Positions 28,702 to 38,206 of a stretch of DNA of 64,000 bases are shown here, piece by piece. Made by a program: the position numbers and the translations under genes. Positions within the stretch are counted from its first letter, which is position 1, and each line of letters begins with the position of its first letter. Origin of the DNA: an uncultured Thiotrichales bacterium (GTDB lineage Bacteria > Pseudomonadota > Gammaproteobacteria > UBA4575); NCBI GenBank assembly GCA_964486815.1, contig CAZAOO010000013.1, positions 9,965 to 73,964 of the forward strand, written 5' to 3'. The notes under the pieces are model-generated. The model saw only the letters and a list, made by a program, of their open reading frames with translations, was not told where the DNA came from and did not search any database.

Positions 28702-29951
28702 GCAATAGCTAATGTATCAAGAGATAGAGAGATGGTGGTTATCAATCCACCTTCAGCTTTATTTTTTAATGAAACCTTTCCGCCAAAACGTTTTATGATG
28801 CCATGGGATAAAAATAGGCCTAACCCTAAGCCTTTACTTTTGTCAGCAAACGGTTGTTGACCGATTATTTCAGAGTCATCCAGATGAATACCGGGGCCGT
28901 GATCTGATACTAATAAAGTAAGCGCTTGAGGCTCGAGGATAGCGTCAAAGCATACATATCCTGGTGAAACATTTGCTGCATTATCCAAAATATTTTTAAT
29001 TGCCTGTTTTAATGAGCGCTCGGCAATAATTTCTGGTCCGGGTGTAACGCCTTGCCAAGTTGATGTGACATTTACTTCAGGACGGGACGATGTCCAGTCG
29101 TCTAATAACTCAGTTACAAACTCTTGCACTAACATTGGCTCACCTTTTTCCAAGGGTGCGCTACCAACCGAGGCAGATAAAATAGATAATGCTTCTTTAC
29201 AACGCCTAATTTGATCTTTAAGTATATTGAGTTGTTTGTTGCTATCCCTTGTTATGTTATTTTCTTCTAGTTCTTCTATAACGAGCTGCATAGTCCCTAA
29301 TGGTGTGCCAAGCTCATGTGCAGTACTTGCCGCGATAGCACCGAGCCTAACTATTTGTTCATTTTGTAAGGCATTTGTTTTTTGCTCAGCTAATTCTTTT
29401 TGTTGTAACTGAATTGTGCGTCCCATTCTCACTACAAAGAATGAGACCAAAATAGCACTGATAACAAATCCTAGCCACATACCTGTGACGTGTAGTTCAA
29501 AATTATGTGCATGTGAACTATGTTCGTTCATAGGATTGAATACCCATACAAGCAAGCCATAACAAGCAATTGTTATTGTGGCAAGTAGCCAAGTAAAAAT
29601 GGCGGGCAAAGTGATTGCAGATATGGTTAACGGGATTAAATAAAGTGAAACAAAAGGGTTAGATCCACCCTCAGAATATTTAAATAGTATCGTTAGAATA
29701 ATTATATCTACTAATATATGAGCAAAGAATTCCCAGCGTTGAATGATTAAGCTGCTGCTGTAGGTGCGTAAGTAAGTTAGTAAATTTATGAGCGCATAAA
29801 TTCCGATCCACAAATATAAATATTTTGTTTGCAGGCTGATGTTTAGAAAATTGCTGGTAAAATACACTGCTGCAAACTGGCCTACGATAGCAATTAAACG
29901 CAGCCAAATTAACAAGCGTAAATTTATACGATATTCTTGAGATTGATCCAT
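28698..29951 (-). CDS. sensor histidine kinase, RegB/PrrB/RoxS type (6-TM N-terminus)
   Basis: 417 aa. Multi-TM N-terminus. H-box TAHELGTPLGTMQLV. HATPase_c G-boxes. Overlaps the regulator gene. Confidence 0.78.
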   Translation of the reverse strand: MDQSQEYRINLRLLIWLRLIAIVGQFAAVYFTSNFLNISLQTKYLYLWIGIYALINLLTYLRTYSSSLIIQRWEFFAHILVDIIILTILFKYSEGGSNPFVSLYLIPLTISAITLPAIFTWLLATITIACYGLLVWVFNPMNEHSSHAHNFELHVTGMWLGFVISAILVSFFVVRMGRTIQLQQKELAEQKTNALQNEQIVRLGAIAASTAHELGTPLGTMQLVIEELEENNITRDSNKQLNILKDQIRRCKEALSILSASVGSAPLEKGEPMLVQEFVTELLDDWTSSRPEVNVTSTWQGVTPGPEIIAERSLKQAIKNILDNAANVSPGYVCFDAILEPQALTLLVSDHGPGIHLDDSEIIGQQPFADKSKGLGLGLFLSHGIIKRFGGKVSLKNKAEGGLITTISLSLDTLAIA

Positions 29952-30221
29952 GTAGATTATGCGTGCATTAGTAATGTCTGTAGTTAGTAATTATAAGTCA
30001 TTAATTGGATTGACAGCTGAAAAGAGTTTTCTTGCTCTTATTACCTTATGCATCATGCTGTTTATCTTTTTACATTTCTAGTCTATGTCTTTGGTAATAA
30101 TTCGGCCTTAACTGTAGTAGCTAATTACCCTATTGGGTTAGTGCGACACTTTGTCACACTTCAAAGGCCACAAAAACTCCTATAATAGTCACGCAAGTAT
30201 CATTTACAAGGAGATTTTCGG

Positions 30222-31337
30222 GTGCGTATAACACTATCAATTTTTACTACCCTATATGCGTTGTATTCAATAGGTGTGGCAGTAGCGAGTGAAACACAGC
30301 ACCAACCTGTAGGTATCAATATTGGTACTCATGGTGCACACAGTGCTGATGGACATGCACCCATTGGGGTAATGGGAGATCATATGCATGCAAAAGGGGA
30401 ATGGATGCTTTCCTATCGTTATATGCGAATGGAAATGAAAAACAATCGTGATGGCTCAAGCAGTATTAGCCCTGAAGAGATTGTTACTACAGTAGCGAAT
30501 CCTTTTTTTGGGCAACCTATGCAGCCCCCTACACTAAGAGTAGTACCCACTGAGATGACAATGGATATGCATATGTTCGGTGCAATGTATGCTCCAACAG
30601 ACTGGCTAACATTAATGATAATGGGTTCTTACCTGAAAAAAGATATGGACCATCTCACGTTTATGGGTCCAGTAGGAACAACTGTACGCGGAGGTTTTAC
30701 AACACGCACGAGCGGAATAGGGGATACAAAAATTGGAGGTTTGATTCGTTTATATGAAGATGAAACTCATCATTTTCATTTAAATGCAGGTTTTAGTTTG
30801 CCAACTGGTTCGATCACTGAAACAGATGACGTGTTAACACCTACCGGTGCTAGACCAACACTTCAGCTCCCATACCCTATGCAGTTAGGTTCAGGAACAG
30901 TTGATTTTCTTCCAGGCATAACCTACACCGCAAAATTTGGGAACATAGGTTGGGGAGCTCAGTATTCCAGTGTGATAAGACTAGAAGATGAAAATCACGA
31001 AGATTATAGTTTGGGCGATGAGCATCGCATTACTGCATGGGGTAGCTATTTATGGAAACCATGGATAAGTACTTCTGCACGAATTGCAGGCCAAACTATA
31101 GATAAGATAGATGGCCAAAACCCGGATATAGTAGCACCTATACAAACTGCAGATCCTGATAATCAAGGCGGCGAACGTGTTGATCTTTTGTTAGGTGTTA
31201 ATTTGATAGGGCAATCAGGTGTTTTAGCTGGGCACAGAATAGCAATGGAATTTGGTGCACCTGTCTATCAAGACTTAAATGGGCCACAGCTAGAAACAGA
31301 TTGGACCTTGACACTTGGGTACCAAAAAGCTTTTTAA
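30222..31337 (+). CDS. secreted outer-membrane beta-barrel protein with His/Met-rich N-terminus (CopB/PcoB-like?)
   Basis: 371 aa. Signal peptide. HGAHSADGHAPIGVMGDHMHAKGEWMLSYRYMRMEM. Alternating beta-strand pattern, C-terminal …LGYQKAF with terminal Phe. Divergent from the RegB/RegA-like pair. Confidence 0.4.
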   Translation: MRITLSIFTTLYALYSIGVAVASETQHQPVGINIGTHGAHSADGHAPIGVMGDHMHAKGEWMLSYRYMRMEMKNNRDGSSSISPEEIVTTVANPFFGQPMQPPTLRVVPTEMTMDMHMFGAMYAPTDWLTLMIMGSYLKKDMDHLTFMGPVGTTVRGGFTTRTSGIGDTKIGGLIRLYEDETHHFHLNAGFSLPTGSITETDDVLTPTGARPTLQLPYPMQLGSGTVDFLPGITYTAKFGNIGWGAQYSSVIRLEDENHEDYSLGDEHRITAWGSYLWKPWISTSARIAGQTIDKIDGQNPDIVAPIQTADPDNQGGERVDLLLGVNLIGQSGVLAGHRIAMEFGAPVYQDLNGPQLETDWTLTLGYQKAF

Positions 31338-31519
31338 CTGTAGTTATAGAGGTTAATTTAATAACGTAACTACTTGGTGATCATTTAGCTATGTCTATCG
31401 GCTTTTTGCTACATGCTGGTATGCATGGCTTGACCACACGCTAACCTACATAAACAATTGAATTTAAATAGAATAATAGTTATTCAATCAATTCAAAGAA
31501 ATTATTTAGGGAAGTATTT

Positions 31520-31939
31520 GTGTCTGTACTTGAGACAATAATAGGTAAAAGAAAACCAAAATTAGATTCTTATAATTTGGTAATAGGCTTATTGCAAAAG
31601 TTTATGATCGAAAGTAAGTCTCAGTCATCAACGCGTGACCACACCCCGCCTCAGCAAGCTGTGATGACAATGTATACTTATGGTTCTTTGGTGTACTTTT
31701 TAGAAGTATACGATGTGCCAGAACAAGAGTTGATAATGGTTTTGGATGCTTATTTGCAGCGCCAAGGGTTATCGGATAAGCAAGCCGGTATCGAAGCGAA
31801 AATAATTGTTGAGCAAGCCAGGGATCCCGGCATGCAATGGGGTATAGAGACGGGCTACAATTCTTCAATGTATTGGCATAAAGATAGTGATGCTGATGCA
31901 CCTAAAGCACTAGCTAGATTATTAAAAACAACCAGATAA
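31520..31939 (+). CDS. hypothetical protein
   Basis: 139-aa ORF, no recognisable motif. Confidence 0.35.
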   Translation: MSVLETIIGKRKPKLDSYNLVIGLLQKFMIESKSQSSTRDHTPPQQAVMTMYTYGSLVYFLEVYDVPEQELIMVLDAYLQRQGLSDKQAGIEAKIIVEQARDPGMQWGIETGYNSSMYWHKDSDADAPKALARLLKTTR

Positions 31940-31956
31940 CTTCTTAACTAGGTTAA

Positions 31957-32637
31957 TCAACCACCACTTTTGATGGTTAAATTTGCAACCGCACTCCTAA
32001 GATCATCTGCATGTGAATTTGTTTGGCTACGTTTGATTAAAATTTCGCGTGGCGCGGTTTGGCTACCATAATAATCATGGTTCCAATCATCTCTAGTTTT
32101 AAGTACAGCACCTTCAATATTTACTCCACCATAAATTCCCTTGGTTCTAGAGAATGCTAAAATATCTGCAGTTTGTGCTTTTGCGCCGGCACCAATAGGT
32201 CCAGCAGCAATGCTCACATCGCCACCTAATTTAAAGGAAGAGGTGAGCATTGTATCCACGCCACGGTCGGTCATGATCATTAATATGATCTCAGACACTT
32301 CAACACCGATCTGAAATCCTACTGTTCCCGAACCCATAGTGTAGAAAGCCGGATCGCTCCAGATATTGCCCTCACCTTTAACCAGTAACACACCGCTACC
32401 ACCGGAACCACCGAAAATTAGTCCACCCTTTATTAGTTGGGGCACGATGAGTACACCTTTCGCCTGGCTCATATTGTCTCGAAACCATTTCATGTCTGGG
32501 TCGATGGTGAAAGTATTTACAGAATTTGTAGCTGCGTCTACTAATGCTTCAGAAGTAGCTTGGTTGGCAGCAAGCTGAGAAGAGGTTAATAACAAAAAGC
32601 ATGTAAATATCAAACTCTGAAGTAAACGCTTATGCAT
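31957..32637 (-). CDS. SYLF (Ysc84/DUF500) domain lipid-binding protein, secreted
   Basis: 226 aa. Signal peptide. Gly-rich GGLIFGGSGGSGVLL … GGDVSIAAGPIGAGA segments typical of SYLF domain. Confidence 0.65.
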   Translation of the reverse strand: MHKRLLQSLIFTCFLLLTSSQLAANQATSEALVDAATNSVNTFTIDPDMKWFRDNMSQAKGVLIVPQLIKGGLIFGGSGGSGVLLVKGEGNIWSDPAFYTMGSGTVGFQIGVEVSEIILMIMTDRGVDTMLTSSFKLGGDVSIAAGPIGAGAKAQTADILAFSRTKGIYGGVNIEGAVLKTRDDWNHDYYGSQTAPREILIKRSQTNSHADDLRSAVANLTIKSGG

Positions 32638-32727
32638 GGTGTATTCCTGAAAGTAAGAAAAAGAGCTTAGTTACTATATGACTAAATTAAACCATTTTTG
32701 AGCAATAAAGTTCAATTATATTAAGAT

Positions 32728-33482
32728 TTACTTTCTTATATAGCGTCTTGCCCAGCTAGCGATGTTTTCAGCGATATATTCCGCATCATACTTTTTTGAG
32801 ATTAAATGGCCAGTTTGGTCAAGCGATATAAAGCTTTTAGGATGTTTAGCTTCTGAGAATATTTTTGCTGCTTCATCAATCGATACAATATTGTCAAATG
32901 GCGAATGAAAAATCAAAATGGGCTTGTTTAGCTTTTTGATGAAATGACGTTCATCATAATCTTTCAGGTCTAATATATATTCTTTTGTGATTCTAAAAGA
33001 GCGATTAAATATAGTTACATCGTCAAAACCATTTCTTAGAATTTTAGGGATATGCTTTTCAAAATGATCTAACACATGTGCAGGACGACTGGGTGCAGCA
33101 ATTGTGGCTACGGCCTGTATCTCGCTTAATTCGCACGCCGTCGCTGCGGCTGCTATTCCACCTAGACTATGACCAATTAATAATTGTGGCGTTAAATTTC
33201 TCTCAGATAAATACGATACGGCCGCTTTAATATCATCGATGTTGCTAGAAAAATCAGTTGCTGTGAAATTACCTTCACTCTTGCCCAGTCCAGTCCAGTA
33301 AAGTCAAAGCGAAGTACTTGTATGTTTTTATCTGCAAGTGCCTTGCATATTCGATAACTTGCAGCATGGTCTTTAGAGCAAGTAAAGCAATGTGAGAATA
33401 CTGCTTGCGCTATCGGATTATCAGCTTGATCTATTACTCCTGATAAAATATCACCTCGATTGTTTTTGGATGCTATATCCAT
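32728..33482 (-). pseudogene. alpha/beta hydrolase disrupted by a 5-bp tandem duplication (CAGTC x2 at ~33286-33295)
   Basis: Upstream frame …RFDFTGLDWARVK…*. A shifted frame restores FDFTGLGKSEGNF…LLIGHSLGGIAAAATA… (nucleophile elbow GHSLGG) and continues to 32728. Confidence 0.7.
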
Positions 33483-33492
33483 AAGTAATCAG

Positions 33493-34674
33493 TTATCTGG
33501 TTCTACTTTCTAGTGGTGCTTTTTCCCAAGGGTAGCCATCTTTAGCAAGTTCATAGCCAATTCTAAATAATGCTTTTGTATATTCTGGATCAAATGATTG
33601 CTTGGGCTTTAAGTTAAATGATTTAGGGATAATTGCTAAGTTAAATTCTATACCGTCTCGTGATGTGATTTCATATATTCTATACAAATCACCTATAGCT
33701 TTATTTTCAATTGTCATGCTTAGAGATTTAAGCGCAATTGAATATAGGTTGGTGTTTACCGGTTCATATATCGCTTGGCTACGGCCGTTACGAATTATGA
33801 AAAGTCTTCGTTGTATCTTGTTTTCTTCATGTATTAATCTAGTTTCAACTAACTGAGGTGGGTAAAGAAAAGCTTGTCGGGTCACTCCTCCATCTACATG
33901 TAATTCGGTAAATTGTTGATTATCTACAGTGACATTAATAATTACAGGCGGAAATATTCCTGGTACTGCCGATGAGGCTAGCAATATATTGTGGACTAAA
34001 TCGAGAGCATTAAGCTTGCCACTCAATGCTATTTCGCCGATATCCCAAATTACAGGTCTGCCTGCATCAAGATTTGTAGTGCCTATCCACAGGCGTCGTC
34101 CCTGCAGGTGTTGTTGTGCAATTTGACTGAGCACATCAATGGTTACATATTTACGTATTAAGTTTTTCAGGGGTCGCGTGTCTAATATAGAGCTGCCACC
34201 AAATATGCCGCTGAAAATTTGTGTTCTATAAATGTCTTCATGCCCCAGGTTTGAATATACATTTAAAAGAATTGCATCATACTCGGGGCCAAGGAAAATA
34301 AAGGGTGCGGCAAGTGCGCCCGCGCTAACACCTGTTACTACATCAAACTCAGGGCGATCACCATTTTGAGTCCAGCCGGTGATAATACCCGCAGCAAACG
34401 ACCCGTCTTCTCCACCACCAGATAGTGCTAGAAAATTAATGGTGGGTTTTGAATGGCCATTGTCACTTTGTTGTGAGCGTTGTTTAAGCCATGCTTTAAC
34501 ATTATGAGCTTTTCGATAGCTGCCAGTTTCTTCATCGCCCCAAAATCGTATCGAAGGCGAATTCATGACGTTAGCTTTTGATACTAATTGCTCTGGTACA
34601 GGTGCATGAATTATTGAAGTTGTACAGCCGGTAATGGAGAACAAGATAAAGGCAATTAGTATTTTTAAATGCAT
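33493..34674 (-). CDS. patatin-like phospholipase, lipoprotein
   Basis: 393 aa. Lipobox FSITGCTT. Gly-rich oxyanion loop LSGGGEDGSFAAG. GxSxG serine GVSAGAL. Confidence 0.8.
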   Translation of the reverse strand: MHLKILIAFILFSITGCTTSIIHAPVPEQLVSKANVMNSPSIRFWGDEETGSYRKAHNVKAWLKQRSQQSDNGHSKPTINFLALSGGGEDGSFAAGIITGWTQNGDRPEFDVVTGVSAGALAAPFIFLGPEYDAILLNVYSNLGHEDIYRTQIFSGIFGGSSILDTRPLKNLIRKYVTIDVLSQIAQQHLQGRRLWIGTTNLDAGRPVIWDIGEIALSGKLNALDLVHNILLASSAVPGIFPPVIINVTVDNQQFTELHVDGGVTRQAFLYPPQLVETRLIHEENKIQRRLFIIRNGRSQAIYEPVNTNLYSIALKSLSMTIENKAIGDLYRIYEITSRDGIEFNLAIIPKSFNLKPKQSFDPEYTKALFRIGYELAKDGYPWEKAPLESRTR

Positions 34675-34923
34675 ATTTAAGATTGCAGTATTCAGGCTGT
34701 GTATCTAGGTTTAAATCGGATAATTAAGCAACATTATAAAGAATTGCTATTAATATTATTGACTAATTAAATTATGTAACCGTTGGGATTTCAGTGGATT
34801 TTTCCATAAAAGGAACTTTCTTCTATAGTCAGACTCAATTAAATATCATTAATTTCAAGATTTATATATTAGTAAGATCTGATGATGAAGATTTATTGGC
34901 TCTTTAGCAACCGGGGGGTAGGA

Positions 34924-35277
34924 ATGAAAAAGTTATTAGTGCTTCTAGCGATATTACTTGCAGCTACATCAACAAATGCTGTGGTGTACAATTTTTTTAA
35001 TGGAGAGAGATTGTCAGAAGCAGCTTTGGAGTGGGAAAAATCGCAAACTCATCCAAAAGATTCTGATTTGTTATTGGTCACAGAGTTCGCCGGTTATGTG
35101 GGTGCAATGTTTGATCATTTATCAGAAAAACAACATATTTGTGCACCAGATGAAATTTCTAAAAACCAGGTGCTAAAAGTTGTTGCAGAATACTTAAAAA
35201 ATAACAGGAAAGGGCTAAAATATTCTGGTTCAATTTTAGTTAAAAAGGCATTATATAAAAAGTATTCCTGTACTTAG
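34924..35277 (+). CDS. small secreted protein (two Cys; possibly Rap1a/Tai4-like periplasmic immunity-type protein)
   Basis: Start at internal ATG with AGGA SD. MKKLLVLLAILLAATSTNA signal. AT-rich context. Confidence 0.4.
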   Translation: MKKLLVLLAILLAATSTNAVVYNFFNGERLSEAALEWEKSQTHPKDSDLLLVTEFAGYVGAMFDHLSEKQHICAPDEISKNQVLKVVAEYLKNNRKGLKYSGSILVKKALYKKYSCT

Positions 35278-35649
35278 GATTCTCATAACGTATTTTATAA
35301 ACTTGCTATATATTTATTAGAAAATCCCAAAAATTTGAAAATAGACGAAGATCTAGCAATTAGGTCTTCGTAATGAACTGGTTTTATTATATTTAACCCT
35401 TAAATATCTATTGTCTATAGATCTTTAATTAGTGATATTGATGATGACGTTAATCAAGTAACGCACTCAATTGTCTTCGGTATGAGTTAAAAGAAAGCTC
35501 CACTCAACACGAAGTCACATGTCGTTCTATAGGGTCAAATACCGCTACGAGTGAGTATGGTTGTTCTGGTCGAATAATTTCTTGTCCATAAGATAATCAT
35601 GCTTAAAGGCCTTGTGAGCCACTCTCTTCGGGTTTTGATATTCAGCCAG

Positions 35650-36237
35650 TTAGTGAGGGCGCACTAATAGAATTAATAAGTCGGTTGTTCCAGTGGTTTT
35701 TCTAATGTTCTCTACACTAGTATTTTTCTCTATCAAAAGTTCCGCGCTCATATGTGAGCATTCATTAGTTACTTGACCGTTATTACTCGATAGGCTTTGC
35801 TTGGTAATAGAAGTGCCTTCGCTAAGTAACATTTTACTTTTATCTTTATCTTTTAAGTAAATATTGTATAGATGTGTGTTTGAGTTTTCATTTTGTGTAA
35901 GACTATCAACGACTAAATCATATGGCACGCTAGTATTATCATTAATCCCACTGTGAGCAATGCAGAACGGTTTGCTAGCAGTTGATTTAGTTTTACTTGA
36001 ATCATTTAGTAATAATTCTATTGGACTCACTACACTTAAAGATTGGTGAACAGTAACTGATATTTCAACTGAAGCGGAGGATTGTGCACCTAGTTTTCCT
36101 TGTGATGCAGCATCCACAACATTACAACTTTGCACTACCAATACACTCATTAGTAAATATTTTACTAGCAAGTAAGACTTATCATACGTTATGTATATAG
36201 TTGAATGGTACATATTATGTCCAATTGCAAGTCGCAC
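35650..36237 (-). CDS. hypothetical secreted Ser/Thr-rich beta protein
   Basis: 195-aa ORF in a very AT-rich block. Repetitive S/T/N-rich strands (ASVEISVTVHQSLSVV…). Confidence 0.35.
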   Translation of the reverse strand: MRLAIGHNMYHSTIYITYDKSYLLVKYLLMSVLVVQSCNVVDAASQGKLGAQSSASVEISVTVHQSLSVVSPIELLLNDSSKTKSTASKPFCIAHSGINDNTSVPYDLVVDSLTQNENSNTHLYNIYLKDKDKSKMLLSEGTSITKQSLSSNNGQVTNECSHMSAELLIEKNTSVENIRKTTGTTDLLILLVRPH

Positions 36238-36737
36238 GGATAAACAAGACCACTCAGATGAGTATGATTACATGCTCGATGAATTCACATCGATGACTAT
36301 TGATTCAATACTTACTGGCGGTCCCGCTATCATAGATATATACGTTGATTTGTTTAGATCAAACCTAGAATCCTTAGACCGGTGACTTTGCGTCTTCACC
36401 TTTCAATGAATTTGCCTTTTAATACACAATCAACGTATCGGCGGTTGCGGAATAAAATTGAGTGTTAAATCCTGGATTTGTGCGAATTAGGTCTATTAAT
36501 ATGAGTTATTTATTTAAACAACATTATTTATAATTATTATGCTAGTTTTCTCTATAATTCTGAGAGTTATAAATAATAGTATAGCGTTCCTTAAATGACG
36601 TTAAAATAACTTTCATTAATAAGCTATTATTTATATAAGAGTTTATTATTGTGTGCTTAGATCAAGTTTGCAAATAGCATCACTTAAGTTAAGTGTTTGA
36701 TCGGGAAGAATGCTTGTAGAAGTGATGTGTGGAGAAT

Positions 36738-37080
36738 ATGAATATCATTAGAATCGTTAAGGAATCATTTTTAATTTTACTATGTGGTTGTTTTTTTTAC
36801 AGCAGAAGTATATGCAAGTGACACCAGTTATCGCTATCATGGAAGCAATAATGGTTATTACTTTGCGCAGTCAGGGTCTACTGAGGCGATGGTTGCAGAT
36901 GTTATTATTGCCAGACCTATTGGGTTAGTTGCAACTGTGGCGGGTTCAGTGGTTTATGTGGTTTCTCTACCTTTCCGCTTATTAGGTGGTAATGAAAAAC
37001 AGGCAAGAGAAAAATTGCTAACTGAACCTGCTGTGTTTACTTTTAAGCGGCCTTTAGGTGAATTTCCAAGTTTAGATTAA
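36738..37080 (+). CDS. small lipoprotein-like secreted protein interrupted at a T8 homopolymer (36791-36798)
   Basis: ATG 36738 with GGAGA SD gives MNIIRIVKESFLILLCGCFF… and stops 7 codons after the T8 run. With T7 the frame continues …TAEVYASDTSYRYHGSNNGYYFAQSG… to 37080 (the 98-aa ORF in the ORF track). Confidence 0.5.
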
Positions 37081-37095
37081 TTGGATTTAGAGGTT

Positions 37096-38205
37096 CTAAA
37101 GAGTGCTATGTAGAACTACTTTGTTTCGACCATCTTGCTTGGCTTGATAAAGCGCTTTATCTGCTCGGCGTAGTAACTCGCGTCCAAGATCGAAAGTATT
37201 TTGATTGGTGTTTGGCTGTTCAATGGTGGAAACACCTATGGAAACCGTTAAGTTGCAATCTTCGCCTTTCACAAAAGTCGTTTCTGCGATACTTTGCTGG
37301 ATTCGCTCAGCTACTTCTTCCGCCCAGTCTTGTCCAGATTGCTCTAATAGCACTGCAAATTCTTCACCACCGTAGCGTGCAACAACATCAATATTTCTTA
37401 ACTGTGCTCGAATTAACTCTGCGACTTTAGTTAGTACTTTGTCTCCTGTTTCATGCCCAAAGCTGTCGTTGACTACTTTAAAGTGATCGATGTCGATAAA
37501 TAAACAGCTTACAGATGATTGCAGGCGTTGTGCGCGAGATATTTCTTCGTTGAGGCGCTGGTCAAAGAATCTGCGATTATTAACACCGGTTAATGAATCG
37601 GTTAGTCCTGCTTGTTTGAGTTTTTCTTGTGCCATGGTGGTATCTAGGCAGGTAGCTAAAACAGCTGCTAGATGTTCAAGAAAATCAGTCGCATCCTGCT
37701 TATTAAATCTTCCGGACTGAAAGCTGCCCAGATTAAGGCTGCCGAGTAATTTATTTTTACGAAATAGTGGTAATAATGCCACACTGTGGGGGAACTTTCG
37801 GTCCGTTAAAAATAGATCTTCATGCAAGTTTATATTAAAAGAACCAAGTAGAGGTTTTTTGAATCGCCCATAAAACTTTTTAAGCTTTAAGATATCATTT
37901 GTAAATATAAGCTCTGGATAGCGACTAGTGTCTTCACCAACATCACGCAATAATCGTTTTATATCTTCATGTTCGTCATGCAAGATTATTGTTAATACAT
38001 CCCAACCAAATGTAGATTTACTTTTATGTGCAACAAGTTGCATTAATTCTGCAAGAGAGCTGCAGCTAAGTAATCTTAATTCTAGATTTTGAAATTTTCG
38101 TAAAGTGGTTTCATTCCTGCGCGCATCATGCACCAGCGACTGTAATTTGTTGCGCAGTGCTTCTACTTCAGTAAGTTCTTCTTCAATGTGGGGTGCGGTA
38201 GGCAT
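37096..38205 (-). CDS. diguanylate cyclase with N-terminal GAF/DUF484-like sensor domain
   Basis: 369 aa. Intact GGEEF site. …DSLTGVNNRRFF… … RYGGEEFAVLL. Confidence 0.8.
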   Translation of the reverse strand: MPTAPHIEEELTEVEALRNKLQSLVHDARRNETTLRKFQNLELRLLSCSSLAELMQLVAHKSKSTFGWDVLTIILHDEHEDIKRLLRDVGEDTSRYPELIFTNDILKLKKFYGRFKKPLLGSFNINLHEDLFLTDRKFPHSVALLPLFRKNKLLGSLNLGSFQSGRFNKQDATDFLEHLAAVLATCLDTTMAQEKLKQAGLTDSLTGVNNRRFFDQRLNEEISRAQRLQSSVSCLFIDIDHFKVVNDSFGHETGDKVLTKVAELIRAQLRNIDVVARYGGEEFAVLLEQSGQDWAEEVAERIQQSIAETTFVKGEDCNLTVSIGVSTIEQPNTNQNTFDLGRELLRRADKALYQAKQDGRNKVVLHSTL

Positions 38206-38206
38206 G

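Noticed and set aside
35400-35650. Non-coding stretch in the AT-rich block inspected for an integrase/transposase remnant or IS inverted repeats
   Set aside because: Six-frame reading gives no recombinase-like peptide and no terminal inverted repeats. No integrase-like ORF exists anywhere between 9.9 and 41 kb.
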